Notes: a model not told the origin generated them from the letters alone. A stretch of 64,000 bases of DNA from Gammaproteobacteria bacterium (GCA_965277405.1 OZ255726.1:2110578-2174577); one strand, 5' to 3'; shown: positions 29,423-46,641, counted from the first letter of the stretch. Numbers and translations are program-made.

Positions 29423-32276
29423 GATGGAGCAGCAATGGCTGCAATCTCACTTATCAGCTGATAGCCAAGCATATCTCGACAATCTATACGAGGCATATTT
29501 AGCAAATCCACAGGCGCTGCCAGAGTATTGGATTGAGTATTTTTCCAAGCTGCCTAAGGAAACTTTGACCGACTCTGACACAGCAGCCGATGTAGATAGC
29601 CCCCATGCATCTGTGCGTGAGCAATTCGCAGAATTTGCATGGAGCAGTAAGAAATTGCATGCCGCGGCAACGAGTAGTTCTCTCCACGGTAATTTGCACG
29701 ATCACAAACAAGCTCAAGTGTCAATATTTATTGAAGCATATCGCAATCTGGGACACTTAAAAGCCAAGATTGACCCGCTTGGGCTTATTGTACGGACGTC
29801 ACCGAATGATTTGAATACCAACCACTATCAGTTTACTGATGAAGACATGGATGAAACCTATAGCGTTGTGTTCACTGATTTCCCCCATCAGTCGATGACA
29901 CTACGTGATATTGTAGCCGCATTGAAAACAACGTATAGCGACTCAATTGGTGCTGAGTACATGCACATTCCTGAGCTTGAAAAACGCAACTGGTTTCAGC
30001 ACCAACTAGAAAGTGTCTACGCGCATCCAAACTTTAACACCGAAGAAAGACTGCGGATTTATAAACGGCTCGTCGCTGCATCTGGGCTGGAAAAATATTT
30101 AGCTTCGCGTTATCCAGGTACCAAACGTTTTGGGCTTGAAGGTGCTGAAAGCATGATTCCAATGGTCGATGAAATGATCCAGCGTCTTGGGAGTCAAGGA
30201 GTGAAAGAAATCGTCATGGGGATGGCTCACCGTGGTCGTTTGAACGTCTTAGTCAACATTTTTGGTAAAAACCCTGCTGATTTATTCGATGAGTTTGAAG
30301 GAAAAGCCAGCAACGGCTCAGCAGGTGATGTGAAGTATCACCAAGGTTTTTCCTCAAACGTTATGACACCAGGTGGCGAAGTTCATTTGGCATTAGCTTT
30401 TAACCCATCACACCTTGAAATTGTAGACCCTGTGGTTGCAGGTTCTGTGCGCGCCCGCCAGGATCGACGTGGTGATGTAATCGGCGCAACAGTAGTGCCA
30501 ATTATTTTTCATGGCGATGCGTCGTTTTCAGGCCAAGGTGTGGTGATGGAAACGTTTCAAATGTCAAACCTGCGTGGCTATCAGACTGGCGGAACCATTC
30601 ATATTGTTATTAACAATCAAATTGGGTTTACCACAAGCGACAAGCAAGATGCGCGCTCAACCCGCTATTGCACTGATGTTGCGAAAATCGTCAATGCACC
30701 AGTGATACACGTCAACGGCAATGATCCAGAAGCTGTTGTGTTCGTTGCCCAGCTCGCCGTTAATTATAGAAATATATTTCATGCTGACATTGTTATCGAC
30801 ATGTATTGCTACCGCCGCCGTGGTCACAATGAAGCAGATGAACCGATGGCAACCCAGCCGAAAATGTATCAGACAATCAGAAATCTTGAAACAACAACCG
30901 CACTGTATGGCAAATCGCTGATTACTCAAGGTATTTTAGACAATGTACAAGATACTAAAATTGCTGCTGAATACTGGGAAAAACTTGAAAATAGTGAACA
31001 TGTTACAGATTCACTGGTGTCGGCCCCAGATAGTCAAATGTTTGTCGATTGGCGTCCATATTTAAACCAACCGTGGAGTGATGACTCCACGAAAACATTA
31101 GTGGACGAGGAAAAACTCAGGCAACTCGGAGAAAAGATTTTTTCCGTTCCAGCATCAATGCAATTGCAAAAACAAGTGCAAAAAATCATGGATGATCGCA
31201 ACGCGATGATCGCCAGTCAAATCCCACTCAACTGGGGTGCGACAGAGCTATTAGCGTATGCCAGCATTCTAGATGGTGGTCAGAGTATTCGTTTTACAGG
31301 ACAAGACTGCCGCCGTGGTACTTTTGCGCATCGCCATGCGGTATTGTTTGACCAGCAAGATTATGCTGAGCACGTGTTGTTAGAGCAAGCTGAAAGCGCA
31401 ACTGGCAAACTGCAAATGTATGATTCGTTTCTTTCTGAGGAGGCAGTGTTGGCTTTTGAATATGGCTATGCCACAACTGACCCAACTACGCTGGTGATTT
31501 GGGAAGCGCAATTTGGCGATTTTGTCAATGGCGCCCAAGTCGTTATTGATCAATTTATTGCCGCAGGCGAAAGCAAATGGATGCGCCTTTGCGGTTTAGT
31601 GTTGTTGTTGCCGCATGGATACGAAGGACAAGGTGCTGAACACTCATCTGCACGTCCGGAGCGCTTTGCCCAACTATGTGCGGAAAACAACATGCAGTTA
31701 TGCGTACCAACAACTGCCGCACAGATTTTCCACTTATTGCGTAGGCAGATCACCAGATCAATTCGCAAACCGTTAGTGATAATGTCTCCAAAAAGTTTAT
31801 TGCGACTTAAAGCTGCAAGCTCACCATTGCCAGCTTTGTCAACAGATGGATTTCTTACAGTTATCGCCAACATTCCATCTAAAGTGCAGCCCCAAGATAT
31901 CAAAACTGTGATGATTTGCAGTGGTAAGGTTTATTATGATTTACTCGAGTATCGCCGCACCAAAGGCGTTAAAGACGTTGCCTTAGTGCGGATAGAGCAG
32001 GTATACCCTTTTCCAATGCAGCGATTAGAGGAAATAATTCGCCAATATCAAGCTGCTGCAACCTATATTTGGGTGCAAGAAGAACCGCGCAACCAAGGGT
32101 TATGGAATAATGCTCAGCATTGGGTAAAAACAGCAATGCACACCGTTATCGGCCATGACAAACTCTATTTTGCAGGTAGACCAAACTTAGCATGTCCTGC
32201 AGTCGGTATGATTAAAGTGCATACCGAAGAGCAAAAGCAGTTGATCGAAGATGCATTCAGCATCTCGTCCAAATAA
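29400..32276 (+). CDS. sucA: 2-oxoglutarate dehydrogenase E1
   Basis: [28 protein letters not shown] and WEAQFGDF. Confidence 0.98.
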   Translation: MRNLPNNEMEQQWLQSHLSADSQAYLDNLYEAYLANPQALPEYWIEYFSKLPKETLTDSDTAADVDSPHASVREQFAEFAWSSKKLHAAATSSSLHGNLHDHKQAQVSIFIEAYRNLGHLKAKIDPLGLIVRTSPNDLNTNHYQFTDEDMDETYSVVFTDFPHQSMTLRDIVAALKTTYSDSIGAEYMHIPELEKRNWFQHQLESVYAHPNFNTEERLRIYKRLVAASGLEKYLASRYPGTKRFGLEGAESMIPMVDEMIQRLGSQGVKEIVMGMAHRGRLNVLVNIFGKNPADLFDEFEGKASNGSAGDVKYHQGFSSNVMTPGGEVHLALAFNPSHLEIVDPVVAGSVRARQDRRGDVIGATVVPIIFHGDASFSGQGVVMETFQMSNLRGYQTGGTIHIVINNQIGFTTSDKQDARSTRYCTDVAKIVNAPVIHVNGNDPEAVVFVAQLAVNYRNIFHADIVIDMYCYRRRGHNEADEPMATQPKMYQTIRNLETTTALYGKSLITQGILDNVQDTKIAAEYWEKLENSEHVTDSLVSAPDSQMFVDWRPYLNQPWSDDSTKTLVDEEKLRQLGEKIFSVPASMQLQKQVQKIMDDRNAMIASQIPLNWGATELLAYASILDGGQSIRFTGQDCRRGTFAHRHAVLFDQQDYAEHVLLEQAESATGKLQMYDSFLSEEAVLAFEYGYATTDPTTLVIWEAQFGDFVNGAQVVIDQFIAAGESKWMRLCGLVLLLPHGYEGQGAEHSSARPERFAQLCAENNMQLCVPTTAAQIFHLLRRQITRSIRKPLVIMSPKSLLRLKAASSPLPALSTDGFLTVIANIPSKVQPQDIKTVMICSGKVYYDLLEYRRTKGVKDVALVRIEQVYPFPMQRLEEIIRQYQAAATYIWVQEEPRNQGLWNNAQHWVKTAMHTVIGHDKLYFAGRPNLACPAVGMIKVHTEEQKQLIEDAFSISSK

Positions 32277-32302
32277 CTTTTTTACTTATCTACCGTAGTA
32301 TT

Positions 32303-33472
32303 ATGAATCAACCGATTAACGCGCCTAGTTTTCCTGAATCAGTCACTGAAGGTACCATCGCTGCATGGCATAAACGGGAGAATGAGCCTTGCCTACGCGA
32401 TGAATTGATTGTCGATATTGAAACAGAAAAAATAGTGCTAGAGGTCTGTGCGCCAGCAGATGGATATATTGCTGCAATCTATAAAAAAGAGGGTGACACA
32501 GTTGCAAGTGCAGAAAAAATAGGCGATTTTACTGCAAAGGCTGCCAGCGGTGCTGCGCAGCAAACAACAATACATGAAGCAACAACAGCCGGAGTCAGCA
32601 CGCCGCCTGCACCCGAGCAGAATATTGCAGCGCAACCAGCAAAAGCAGGGCCTGCTGCGCGCAAAGCAATGGCTGCAAATAATATTGACCCGAGTAAAGT
32701 GACCGCAAGCGGAAAAAGTGGTGCTATTACAAAAACTGACGTGAATCATTTTCTGCAAACCAGCGCTGTAAGAATCGAAAAGCGGGTGCCGATGACGAGA
32801 ATGCGCGCCAGCATCGCCAAAAGACTTGTTGCAGCACAACATAATGCGGCGATGCTAACCACGTTCAACGAAGTTGATATGTTGACGTTGATGCGCTTGC
32901 GTAAAACCTACAAAGAACTATATATGCAGCGTTTTAAAGGGGCAAAACTCAGCTATATGGCGTTTTTTGTCAAAGCAACAACCGAGGCTCTCAAGCGGTT
33001 TTCTAGTGTGAACGCCTCGCTTGATGGCAATGACATTGTCTATCATGGCTACCAAGACATAGGAGTTGCAGTATCAACAGAAAAAGGACTGGTTGTCCCT
33101 ATACTCCGCGACGCGAATTCGCTACATTTGTCAGAAATAGAAATTCAAATTGCAGATTACGCACAACGCGCGCGCGATAATAAGTTGACAATGGAAGAAA
33201 TGCAGGGCGGAACCTTTACCATTACCAATGGTGGGGTATTCGGCTCATTGCTTTCTACACCTATTTTGAACCCCCCGCAAACTGCAATTCTCGGGATGCA
33301 CGCGATTAAAGAGCGTCCAGTCGTTGTAGATGGTGAAATTGTTATCAGACCAATAATGAATCTTGCGTTAAGCTACGACCATCGTTTAATCGATGGCCGC
33401 GAAGCGGTGCAGTTTTTGGTCGCTATAAAAGATATGATCGAAGACCCGGCACGCATTCTTCTTGATATTTAA
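32303..33472 (+). CDS. sucB: Dihydrolipoamide succinyltransferase E2
   Basis: PESVTEG, IETEK lipoyl lysine, GAITKTDV binding domain and SYDHRLIDG. Confidence 0.97.
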   Translation: MNQPINAPSFPESVTEGTIAAWHKRENEPCLRDELIVDIETEKIVLEVCAPADGYIAAIYKKEGDTVASAEKIGDFTAKAASGAAQQTTIHEATTAGVSTPPAPEQNIAAQPAKAGPAARKAMAANNIDPSKVTASGKSGAITKTDVNHFLQTSAVRIEKRVPMTRMRASIAKRLVAAQHNAAMLTTFNEVDMLTLMRLRKTYKELYMQRFKGAKLSYMAFFVKATTEALKRFSSVNASLDGNDIVYHGYQDIGVAVSTEKGLVVPILRDANSLHLSEIEIQIADYAQRARDNKLTMEEMQGGTFTITNGGVFGSLLSTPILNPPQTAILGMHAIKERPVVVDGEIVIRPIMNLALSYDHRLIDGREAVQFLVAIKDMIEDPARILLDI

Positions 33473-33483
33473 CCTGTACTTAG

Positions 33484-34935
<1,452 letters not shown>

Positions 34936-34947
34936 GCTGAATTAACT

Positions 34948-36108
34948 ATGAATTTACACGAATATCAAGCAAAAGAACTATTCCGCAGCTACGGTCTACC
35001 AGTCTCGACTGGTGTTGTGATTTCAAGCCCCAACCAAGCAGCTGCTGCTATCGAAAAAATTGGCGGCAGCAAGTGGGTAGTAAAAGCACAAGTACACGCA
35101 GGAGGGCGCGGCAAATCAGGTGGTGTTCAACTTGTTACCAGCGTTGTCGCTGCAGAGGAATTTGCAAAAAAGTGGCTTGGCAAGCGCTTGGTTACCTATC
35201 AAACAAGTGCTGATGGGCAACCTGTCAATCAAGTGTTGATTGAGACCTGTACTGATATTGCCAATGAGCTATATTTAGGAGCAGTTATTGACCGCAGCTC
35301 GCGTCGTGTGGTGTTTATGGCGTCGACTGAAGGTGGCGTTGAGATTGAAAAAGTTGCGGATGCGACTCCAGAAAAAATCTTTAAGCAAGCAATTCATCCA
35401 ACCAGTGGCCCGCTTGACTATCAAGGTCGCCAAATGGCATTTGAACTCGGTCTGCAAGGGGTGCAGATCAAGCAGTTCAATGATATTTTCATGAAGTTAG
35501 CTCGATTATTTCTTGAGAAAGACCTTGCTTTGCTGGAAATCAACCCGCTCGTTATTACCAGCGCCGGCAATTTACACTGTCTTGATGCGAAAGTAGCGCT
35601 CGATGCCAACGCTGGCTACCGCCAACAAGCTATAGCAGCACAATATGACGATTGTCAAGACGACCCTCGCGAAAGCAATGCTGCTAAGTGGGAACTGAAT
35701 TATGTTGCGCTTGATGGCAATATTGGCTGTATGGTCAACGGTGCTGGGCTGGCTATGGCAACAATGGATACCATCAAGTTGCAAGGAGGGCATCCTGCTA
35801 ATTTTTTGGATGTTGGTGGTGGAGCAACCAGCGAACGCGTTGCTGAAGCATTTAAAATAATTCTCTCAGACGGCAATGTCCGCGCTGTGTTGATTAACAT
35901 TTTTGGGGGTATTGTCCGCTGTGATTTGATTGCAGATGGCATCGTCGCAGCTATGAAACAAATTGAAATACAGGTACCAGTTATTGTCCGTCTTGAAGGG
36001 AATAATGCCGCCAAAGGCATGAAAATCCTTGATGCGTCTGGCTTTAATGTTGCAGTAGCAGATAGTTTATCCGCAGCATCAGCAAAAGCTGTTGCAGCAA
36101 TCGCATAA
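34948..36108 (+). CDS. sucC: Succinyl-CoA ligase beta subunit
   Basis: [20 protein letters not shown] and NGAGLAMAT. Confidence 0.98.
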   Translation: MNLHEYQAKELFRSYGLPVSTGVVISSPNQAAAAIEKIGGSKWVVKAQVHAGGRGKSGGVQLVTSVVAAEEFAKKWLGKRLVTYQTSADGQPVNQVLIETCTDIANELYLGAVIDRSSRRVVFMASTEGGVEIEKVADATPEKIFKQAIHPTSGPLDYQGRQMAFELGLQGVQIKQFNDIFMKLARLFLEKDLALLEINPLVITSAGNLHCLDAKVALDANAGYRQQAIAAQYDDCQDDPRESNAAKWELNYVALDGNIGCMVNGAGLAMATMDTIKLQGGHPANFLDVGGGATSERVAEAFKIILSDGNVRAVLINIFGGIVRCDLIADGIVAAMKQIEIQVPVIVRLEGNNAAKGMKILDASGFNVAVADSLSAASAKAVAAIA

Positions 36109-36117
36109 GGAAACAAC

Positions 36118-36984
36118 ATGAGCATTTTAATCGATAGTGCAACCCGCGTTGTTGTGCAAGGGTTTACTGGGGCACAAGGCAGCCTCCATGCAACGCAGGC
36201 AATAGCGTATGGCACCAATATTGTCGGTGGTGTCACGCCAGGTAAAGGCGGTCAAACACACCTTGATAAACCAGTATTCAATACTGTGGCGCAGGCCGTT
36301 GCAGCAACCCGGGCGAATGCATCGGTTATATTTGTCCCAGCTCCTTTTTGCAAAGATTCAATCCTTGAAGCTGCATTCAATGGCATTGGGTTAATTATTT
36401 GCATTACCGAAGGTATCCCAACGCTGGACATGCTTGCAGCTAAACATATTTGTGACGAGCTAGGAGTCAAGCTGATCGGTCCGAATTGTCCGGGAGTTAT
36501 TACCCCTGGCCAATGCAAAATTGGGATTATGCCTGGTGAAATTCACTTGCCTGGGATTGTTGGCGTCGTCTCGCGTTCTGGAACTTTGACGTATGAAGCT
36601 GTCAAACAGACTACAGATGTTGGCATTGGTCAAAGTACCTGTGTGGGTATTGGTGGCGACCCTATCCCAGGTTCTAGTTTCATTGATATTTTAAAATTAT
36701 TTGAAAACGACGCACAGACCAAGGGGATTATTCTTGTCGGTGAAATCGGCGGGAGTGCAGAAGAAGAAGCCGCAGAATATATCCAAGCTCATATCACGAA
36801 ACCAGTTGTTGCCTACATTGCTGGAACAACAGCTCCTGCAGGCAAACGCATGGGGCATGCTGGAGCAATTATTGCTGGAGGGAAAGGAACGGCTGAAGAA
36901 AAACTAGCTGCTCTTGCAGCAGCTGAGGTTACCACAGTCACAGACCCAAGCAATTTAGGTATAGCAATGAAAGCGTTATTGTAA
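36118..36984 (+). CDS. sucD: Succinyl-CoA ligase alpha subunit
   Basis: [20 protein letters not shown] and MGHAGA. Confidence 0.98.
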   Translation: MSILIDSATRVVVQGFTGAQGSLHATQAIAYGTNIVGGVTPGKGGQTHLDKPVFNTVAQAVAATRANASVIFVPAPFCKDSILEAAFNGIGLIICITEGIPTLDMLAAKHICDELGVKLIGPNCPGVITPGQCKIGIMPGEIHLPGIVGVVSRSGTLTYEAVKQTTDVGIGQSTCVGIGGDPIPGSSFIDILKLFENDAQTKGIILVGEIGGSAEEEAAEYIQAHITKPVVAYIAGTTAPAGKRMGHAGAIIAGGKGTAEEKLAALAAAEVTTVTDPSNLGIAMKALL

Positions 36985-37106
36985 CAATATAAGGACTGGT
37001 CTATTGTTACTCGATGAACACGCAACTGTGCTACAACGAATAATTGAGAAGTGACGTCAACGATGCTGGGTGTTGTATATTTTTTGTTTACTGATGTTTC
37101 CACTAA

Positions 37107-37130
37107 GGAATCTCTGATTAAGTCGCTCCA
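37107..37130. repeat. Mini-element left half between sucD and tal
   Basis: CTAA then GGAATCTCTGATTAA-GTCGCT-CCA. Confidence 0.82.
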
Positions 37131-37233
37131 AGGTTTTGGTGGATTTACCCGTACAAATACAATTTTTGAGCAACGCAGTAGTATCGTGGTTATTGCGTCA
37201 ACCTAGTACTTCATTTTAACAACAAAATACAGC

Positions 37234-38157
37234 ATGAAAACTCCTGCGCTAACACAACTAAAACAGCATTCAATCATTGTCGCCGACACTGGTGATTACC
37301 ATGAGATAGCTGCTTACAAACCACAAGATGCAACCACTAATCCCAGCCTTATTTTAACAGCGATAACCAGCAATCAATACCCAGATATACTTACGCAAGC
37401 CAAGAATATATCTAGCGTGCAGGATATTCAGCGTCTTCGTGACCAAGTCGCTGTCCTGATTGGCGTACAAGTCAGCCGCGTTGTCCCCGGGTTCGTCTCA
37501 ACAGAAATTGATGCAACATTGTCATTTAATACCCAAGCAACGGTTGCAGCAGGGCAGCGCTTGATTGAGATGTACAACGACCAGAATGTTGCCAGCGCTA
37601 GAATTTTATTAAAAATAGCTGCAACTTGGGAAGGCATAGCAGCTGCGCGCATCCTTGAATCGCAAGGACTACATTGCAACCTGACATTACTGTTCTCGTT
37701 TGCCCAAGCACAGGCATGTGCAGATGCTGGCGTGACGCTCATATCACCATTTGTCGGGCGTATTGACGATTGGTATCATGCAAATGCAGATATAGCACCA
37801 ACGGGCGCGAGTAGCCCAGGTGTAGATGCTGTTAAACGGATTTATGCGTATTATAAGCATCACGAGTATCCTACCCAGGTTATGGCTGCAAGTTTCCGTA
37901 ACATCGAACAAATTATTTCCCTTGCTGGTTGCGACAAGCTCACTATTGCACCAACACTATTAGCTAAATTGGAGCAATCTACGGCAACGGTAATCAACAC
38001 ATTGCAGAATAACAGCGAGGATGCGAAACAAGCAATTGTAGAGTCATATTTTCGTCTGCAACATAACGCAGATGCCATGGCGACCGAAAAACTAGCAGCA
38101 GGGATTCGGGGGTTTGCAGCAGATCAACAAAAACTCGATACGCTGTTGTATGGATAA
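37234..38157 (+). CDS. tal: Transaldolase
   Basis: VADTGD, DATTNPSLI, LKIAATWEG, CNLTLLF and ISPFVGRI. Confidence 0.96.
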   Translation: MKTPALTQLKQHSIIVADTGDYHEIAAYKPQDATTNPSLILTAITSNQYPDILTQAKNISSVQDIQRLRDQVAVLIGVQVSRVVPGFVSTEIDATLSFNTQATVAAGQRLIEMYNDQNVASARILLKIAATWEGIAAARILESQGLHCNLTLLFSFAQAQACADAGVTLISPFVGRIDDWYHANADIAPTGASSPGVDAVKRIYAYYKHHEYPTQVMAASFRNIEQIISLAGCDKLTIAPTLLAKLEQSTATVINTLQNNSEDAKQAIVESYFRLQHNADAMATEKLAAGIRGFAADQQKLDTLLYG

Positions 38158-39107
38158 CACAATAGTACGCACCATTGTCATTGGTTGTGGATATATGGGT
38201 GCGAGGCATGTTGAAAAAATTGCGGCTAATGTAAATACCAGACTTGTTGCAATTATTGATAGCAACCCACAAGTTGCAACAACAATCGCCAACAACCATC
38301 AGGTACCATTATTTGCCACGCTCGATGACTGCGATATAGCGTATGAGGCAGCAGTTGTTGTAGTCCCAACGAATAAGCATTTTACAATTGTGCAGCAGCT
38401 GCTACGGCGTGGTATTCACACGCTGGTAGAAAAACCAATTTGTGTTGAGGTTAGCGATGCCAAGGCATTGATTGATTGTGCGCAGGCACACAATGCAATC
38501 CTGCATGTTGGTCATTCACAACGCTACCACCCGTTGTATCAATACCTTATGCAACACAGTCAACAACCCCAGTTTATAAGTTGTGAGCGGCTTTCACCGT
38601 TCAAAGCGCGGGGCTGCGAGGTCAATGTTGTCCACGATCTGATGATTCATGATATCGATTTGTGCCATACATTATTACAAAAACATAAACCTGCTGCAAT
38701 TATCAACATCCAAGCAACGGGGGTTGCGGTATTGACAGATACAATTGATATCGTCAATGCCCGCATCCAATATGCAAGCGGTGCCAGCGTCAACTTAAGC
38801 GCTAGCAGACTCACCCCAAGAGCTGTGCGTGCTATACGCATTTTTGCACACAACACCTATTTTTCTGCAGATTTTGGCAAAAGATCAGCCGAACATTATA
38901 TAGTTGATGGTAATAAAAAAATAATCCACGATACCTTTTCTGCCGCACCATCTGATGAACTCCAGCAACAAGCAAATATGTTTATCGATGCTATTCGCCA
39001 TAGCAAACCAGCCGACATTAGTGGTGAGGATGGGTTAACTGCATTAGAGATTGCCAATAAAATCTCAGATGCGGCACGCTTATCATTTCAGACGTATTCT
39101 CGATTCT

Positions 39108-39118
<11 letters not shown>
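38150..39118 (+). CDS. Gfo/Idh/MocA oxidoreductase, GnnA-like
   Basis: [43 protein letters not shown] and NLSASR. Confidence 0.8.
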
Positions 39119-42292
<3,174 letters not shown>

Positions 42293-42296
<4 letters not shown>

Positions 42297-42850
42297 AGAA
42301 AAACATCCAGATTATAGTCATTATTGCGATGAGCTTGCTGCCTATTTTTGTTGGCTGGTTTTTTTACTATAATCCGCAGTATGTCCCGCAAGGCAATACC
42401 AACATAGGGACTTTATTTGAGCAGCATGTCGATCAACAAGCCCTCGGAATTGCACATTCACGCCAGTGGAAATTGCTCGTGTTTATCAATAATAGCTGCC
42501 AGCTGCAATGTATACAACGGTTAAGCGTGATGCAAAAATTACAACTCGCACTTGGAAAAAACGCACATCGACTAACACGCGATGCCGTGCTTATCAACAC
42601 AGTGCTCCCTGAGAAAACAGCACAACTTATTGCAATGAACGATGCTAGTTTGCGCGTTTACTCATTATCAGCCCAAGCGCAACAGACGCTAAATGCGCGG
42701 CTTGCTAGCGTGTACACAGCAATGCAAGATCTTGGGGTCGTTCTCATAGATCCGCATGGTAACTGGGTACTGTGGTATGACAAAACGTATACAGGAAATC
42801 AAATACTAATTGATTTACGAAAGTTACTAAAAGCATCGCAAATAGGATGA
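42293..42850 (+). CDS. Cytochrome oxidase assembly-associated protein (SCO/thioredoxin-like, conserved next to SURF1)
   Basis: TNIGTL, W.LL....C...C, LGK...R, LIDPHGN and DLRKLLKASQIG. Confidence 0.75.
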
Positions 42851-43815
42851 TTGCAGCATTTGTAGCAATGGGCATTGCCTGGGTATCTTTAAGTTGTAAC
42901 GTGTTTTTAACAAGCTATTTTATTCTTAAAAAATCAGTATCAAGTTGTAGCGCAACAACATGTTACTTCCCGCTCGTATTTAAAAATATAGATGTGCATT
43001 TTTTTCCAATTCAAGACAATGATTTAGCACAAAAAGTGTGGATATATGCTTGGGTTATTGGGGCTTTTTCAATATTTATGAGTGCCATATTATATTGGAT
43101 TAAACCTATAGATACTGTGAACCAATCGTCCTTTCGACAAGAAGTACTACTGCTTTTTTTTGGGGTAACATTATATGTAATTATTATGATTTTTTCGATA
43201 ATAATATTTGACCAATCAACTGTATTTTGGACGTATTTGTTAATTAGCTCTGGAATTATTTTCCTTTGGTCATATCTTGGCAACTGTCTGATGCTGCTAA
43301 CCAGAAAATCAATGGCACGGCTACATGTATTTGAATATGCCACGTTGCAATTTCACTATACACATATTTGGTGTGTTGTCGTTGGTAGCTGTTGTACCAT
43401 TTTTTTGTTGCTGTTGTTAATGACGTATGGTGTAACCGACACATGCCAGTCACTCTGGCAATGTTGGCAGCAGTTTAGCAATAATCCTGAATTTAATGTT
43501 ATCAAGGGCATTCAACTTTCTTTAATCCTATTACCGCTATCAATATTTATGCTACTGTGTTTTCAGCTACAAACTATCTATACAATTTGGCGCGATAGTG
43601 ATGCGTGGCATACACTTATCTTGTCATTGTTATGGTTTTTTTGCATTGGGATTGGGATGGTTGCTATTATAATTTTGAGCTTTATTTCTAATAATGAAAC
43701 AGTATTAAGTACGGTTTTTACAAGCGGAGCAATGACAGTGGTATTATCCGTTACAATGTTACGATACATGAAAAAATCTAATGCAAGAGATGCTTTATTA
43801 TTACCAAAATCATGA
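42847..43815 (+). CDS. Multi-pass membrane protein; probable highly degenerate COX15/CtaA heme A synthase homolog
   Basis: About 8 TM segments, two Cys pairs in CtaA-like positions (SSCSATTCY, TCQSLWQCW) and syntenic position after SURF1 and the associated gene; conserved His/Glu motifs are not seen. Confidence 0.5.
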   Translation: MIAAFVAMGIAWVSLSCNVFLTSYFILKKSVSSCSATTCYFPLVFKNIDVHFFPIQDNDLAQKVWIYAWVIGAFSIFMSAILYWIKPIDTVNQSSFRQEVLLLFFGVTLYVIIMIFSIIIFDQSTVFWTYLLISSGIIFLWSYLGNCLMLLTRKSMARLHVFEYATLQFHYTHIWCVVVGSCCTIFLLLLLMTYGVTDTCQSLWQCWQQFSNNPEFNVIKGIQLSLILLPLSIFMLLCFQLQTIYTIWRDSDAWHTLILSLLWFFCIGIGMVAIIILSFISNNETVLSTVFTSGAMTVVLSVTMLRYMKKSNARDALLLPKS

Positions 43816-43951
43816 ATCTAGAGCATTTACAATATAATTTTATTCGATATAGTTGTTGATCTTAGATATTATTCGTTAACATAATATGAGCAAACTAAGG
43901 TAACTCATATGAGATAACTAAGGTAACTCAAAAGCTAAATATGGAAACCAC

Positions 43952-44287
43952 ATGGAACACTTAGACAAAATAAATGCACTCCTAAGCCAGAATGCGCGGA
44001 TTCAAGCCGAAATCAGACAGCACATGGGTAATGCGCTTGAAGAATCATACCAAAGCCTCGTAAAGATTGCAGATCAGCACCCAGATGGTATTCACGGGAT
44101 TATGGAGCATTTACAAAAAATGGTCGTAAAATCACACGGACCGAACGCAAGGTTGCGCAAACCTGTCGCCCCTAAATACCGCAACCCTCATGATGCGTCA
44201 CAAACCTGGACAGGGCGTGGCCGTAAGCCAAAATGGGTTACCAGCTACCTTACAATACACTCTAATTTAGATGACGTTACGATTTGA
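43952..44287 (+). CDS. hns: H-NS-family nucleoid protein
   Basis: C-terminal PKYRNP...TWTGRGRKPKW DNA-binding motif. Confidence 0.9.
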   Translation: MEHLDKINALLSQNARIQAEIRQHMGNALEESYQSLVKIADQHPDGIHGIMEHLQKMVVKSHGPNARLRKPVAPKYRNPHDASQTWTGRGRKPKWVTSYLTIHSNLDDVTI

Positions 44288-44293
44288 ATTCAA

Positions 44294-44317
44294 GGTAGCT
44301 TTGATTAAGTCGCTGTT
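44294..44317. repeat. Mini-element left half just after hns
   Basis: GGTAGCTTTGATTAA-GTCGCT-GTT. Confidence 0.72.
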
Positions 44318-44423
44318 GCTTTTGATGTATAGCTTGCAGCAACTTGGATAAACACCGCATCAACCGCTATTTGATACAAATACTGTTATTCTCTGCAAAT
44401 GCTATCCATTCACCAGAGGGTAA

Positions 44424-44867
44424 ATGAACAGAACTGCATTTGTAACACGAGGAACACGAGGAATTGGTAAAGCAATCGCCCAAAAGCTGGCGAGCACAGG
44501 GTATAATGTGATATGCACGATTCCGCCGCCCAAGCATTCGGCAACGAAACGGGAATACCAATATATAAATGGGATGTTAGCCACGCCTCGCAATGCCAAG
44601 TGAATATCCACCAAATTATCGAGACACGCGGCGCAATTAGTATACTCGTCAATAATGCAGGTACTACCCGCAATGCGATAATGCATGCAATGACCCCTTA
44701 AGCAATGGATACAGGTCATTGATACCAAAATCCCAGCACCAGTCTTAGAAAACATTATTACTAAAATCCCTGTTGGGCGTTTGGGAAATGTTGCAGAAGT
44801 CGGCGATGCTGTTGTGTTTCTAGCAGGGTCAATATTGCATATCAATGGTGGTCAAGCAATGGTATAG
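44424..44867 (+). pseudogene. phaB: Acetoacetyl-CoA reductase (PhaB-type SDR) pseudogene
   Basis: MNRTAFVTRGTRGIGKAIA, then a frameshift to AAQAFGNETGIPIYKWDV...LVNNAGTTR, a stop codon, and KIPVGRLG..EVGDAVVFLA..INGGQ. The middle region with YxxxK is deleted. Confidence 0.82.
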
Positions 44868-44973
44868 AAGTTGTTTAGTCTTTTAGCAGGTAATATCTGT
44901 GCTAGGGCAGGCAACTGCTACGTTTTACGGTATTGCTTCATCGTGCGTTCTTTGCGGTATAGGCACCTTTACA

Positions 44974-45870
44974 ATGATCAAATATTTGCCAATTGGTTTT
45001 CGCTATATGCTGCTCAGCGCACTCGGTTTTTCATGCATGGCGGCCTGCGTTAAGGCGGTGAGCAGCTATCAAATACCGCTGCTTGAAATTGTGCTGGTCC
45101 GTGCGCTGGTGTCACTCCTCATTAGCTATATCGATGTAAAACGCAAAGGTATACCAATGTTTGGCAATCGCAAACTGCTGTTGCTGGCTCGTGCGATAAT
45201 TGGAGCGTTTGCGCTGATTTGTATTTACTACACCTTAACGACAATCCCACTCGCTGAAGCGACGTTCTTGCAATATTTATACCCTGTATTTACCGCATTC
45301 TTAGCAGTATTATTCCTTAAAGAACGCTTGCAACGTTCCACATATATATGCCTTATCTGTAGCATTGCCGGTTTAGTGTTGATGCTCAAACAAGGATTAC
45401 AGCCAAACCTTTTTCTGTCACTGCCCACATTAAGTATTGTGACAGCGTTGCTGGGTTCGTTTGGGAGTGCGTGTGCGTATATTCTGGTGCGCAAACTCAG
45501 CGCCAGCGAAGAAAACTCGGTGATTATTTTGTATTTCCCATTAGTAACCGTGCCAATTGCGGCTATCCTGTTAGGCAGCAATGTGGTAATTCCGCCACCA
45601 ACCGCTGCAATACTGCTAATTTTAGTTGGCATATTCACCCAAATTGGTCAGGTAGGCCTTACCAAAGCCATGCGGGTCACCGCTGCCAACAAAGCCACGG
45701 CATATTCATACGTTCAGATTATTTTTTCACTGGTAATCGGCTGGTTATATTTTGGTGAAATCCCATCTTTCTGGACGTATATTGGTGGTGGGCTTATTAT
45801 CATAGGTGCGCTTATTAATATATACGGTAGCAGTGCTGTTAAAAAATTGATGCGCTGGCAAAGTGTTTGA
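44974..45870 (+). CDS. EamA/DMT-family transporter
   Basis: YMLLSALGF, IPLAEATFLQY..PVF...FLKER, YVQIIF and FGEIP; about 10 TM segments. Confidence 0.9.
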   Translation: MIKYLPIGFRYMLLSALGFSCMAACVKAVSSYQIPLLEIVLVRALVSLLISYIDVKRKGIPMFGNRKLLLLARAIIGAFALICIYYTLTTIPLAEATFLQYLYPVFTAFLAVLFLKERLQRSTYICLICSIAGLVLMLKQGLQPNLFLSLPTLSIVTALLGSFGSACAYILVRKLSASEENSVIILYFPLVTVPIAAILLGSNVVIPPPTAAILLILVGIFTQIGQVGLTKAMRVTAANKATAYSYVQIIFSLVIGWLYFGEIPSFWTYIGGGLIIIGALINIYGSSAVKKLMRWQSV

Positions 45871-45909
45871 ACGGAACGTATTGCACCATGACTTGTGATA
45901 ATAAGCTAA

Positions 45910-46641
45910 GGAATCTCTGAATAATTCACCAAATTTGATTTTCTCGACGCAGCAATGCTCAAAAACGATAAACTCAAAAGCTGAAAAGCTGAAAAGCTAT
46001 TTTGTTAATTTTTTATTGTTTTTCATGGGTTTTTGCTGAATTTCCTATGTTTTGGACGCACTAACCCTATGTTTGCGGCAAATACTTGTAACTGCGCACA
46101 AGATTTGTAAGTCCAGCAAGCATGTATAGTCGGTTGGTATTCTTTGCTAAGCTTGTATATATTAAGCTTGTATATATCTTGTATATATCTTGTATATATC
46201 TTGTATATATAATGTAGCGTACTTTGCTATATCCAAACATTCGTTGCATATACAAGAATACATGCTCAACTTTGGCGCGAACACTGGCTTTCAATTTCTC
46301 AAGCTGCTGCTGGACCACTCCCTGCTTTCAATTGGCGCTGCTTGCCGATACGTTGACTTATTAACCAGGATGTTGCCCGTTGCTGATGTTCTGGGCGTTG
46401 CTGCACGCCTACATAACCCGCATCGCCAACAACACGCCGTTCATCGCCATGCAAGAGCTTATCAGGGTCACATCGTTGCCATTACCCGCCGTGGTTTCCC
46501 AAGCTATGAATCATTCCAGAGCTTTCATCAACACCAACATCAACTTTCATGCCAAAGTACCACTGCTGGCTTTCCTTGTTTGCTGCATTTGCGGATCACG
46601 GGCTTGCTGTTTATTCTTAGGTTGTTGGTCGCGTCGATGAT
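45910..46641 (-). mobile_element. IS5-family remnant (right end and frameshifted transposase C-terminal half)
   Basis: Terminal GGAATCTCTGAATAA after CTAA (45906-45909); fragments RDPQMQQTRK, WYFGMK..VGVD, GDAGY, KASVRAKVEHVF...FGYSKVRY and LAKN in different frames. Confidence 0.85.
46152..46210. repeat. 11-bp tandem repeat CTTGTATATAT x5 inside the IS5 remnant
   Basis: Copies start at 46152, 46167, 46178, 46189 and 46200. Confidence 0.9.

Noticed and set aside
44402-44845. Minus-strand ORFs over the phaB region, and the many other short antisense ORFs in the track
   Set aside because: They are shadows of recognisable genes or pseudogenes on the opposite strand.
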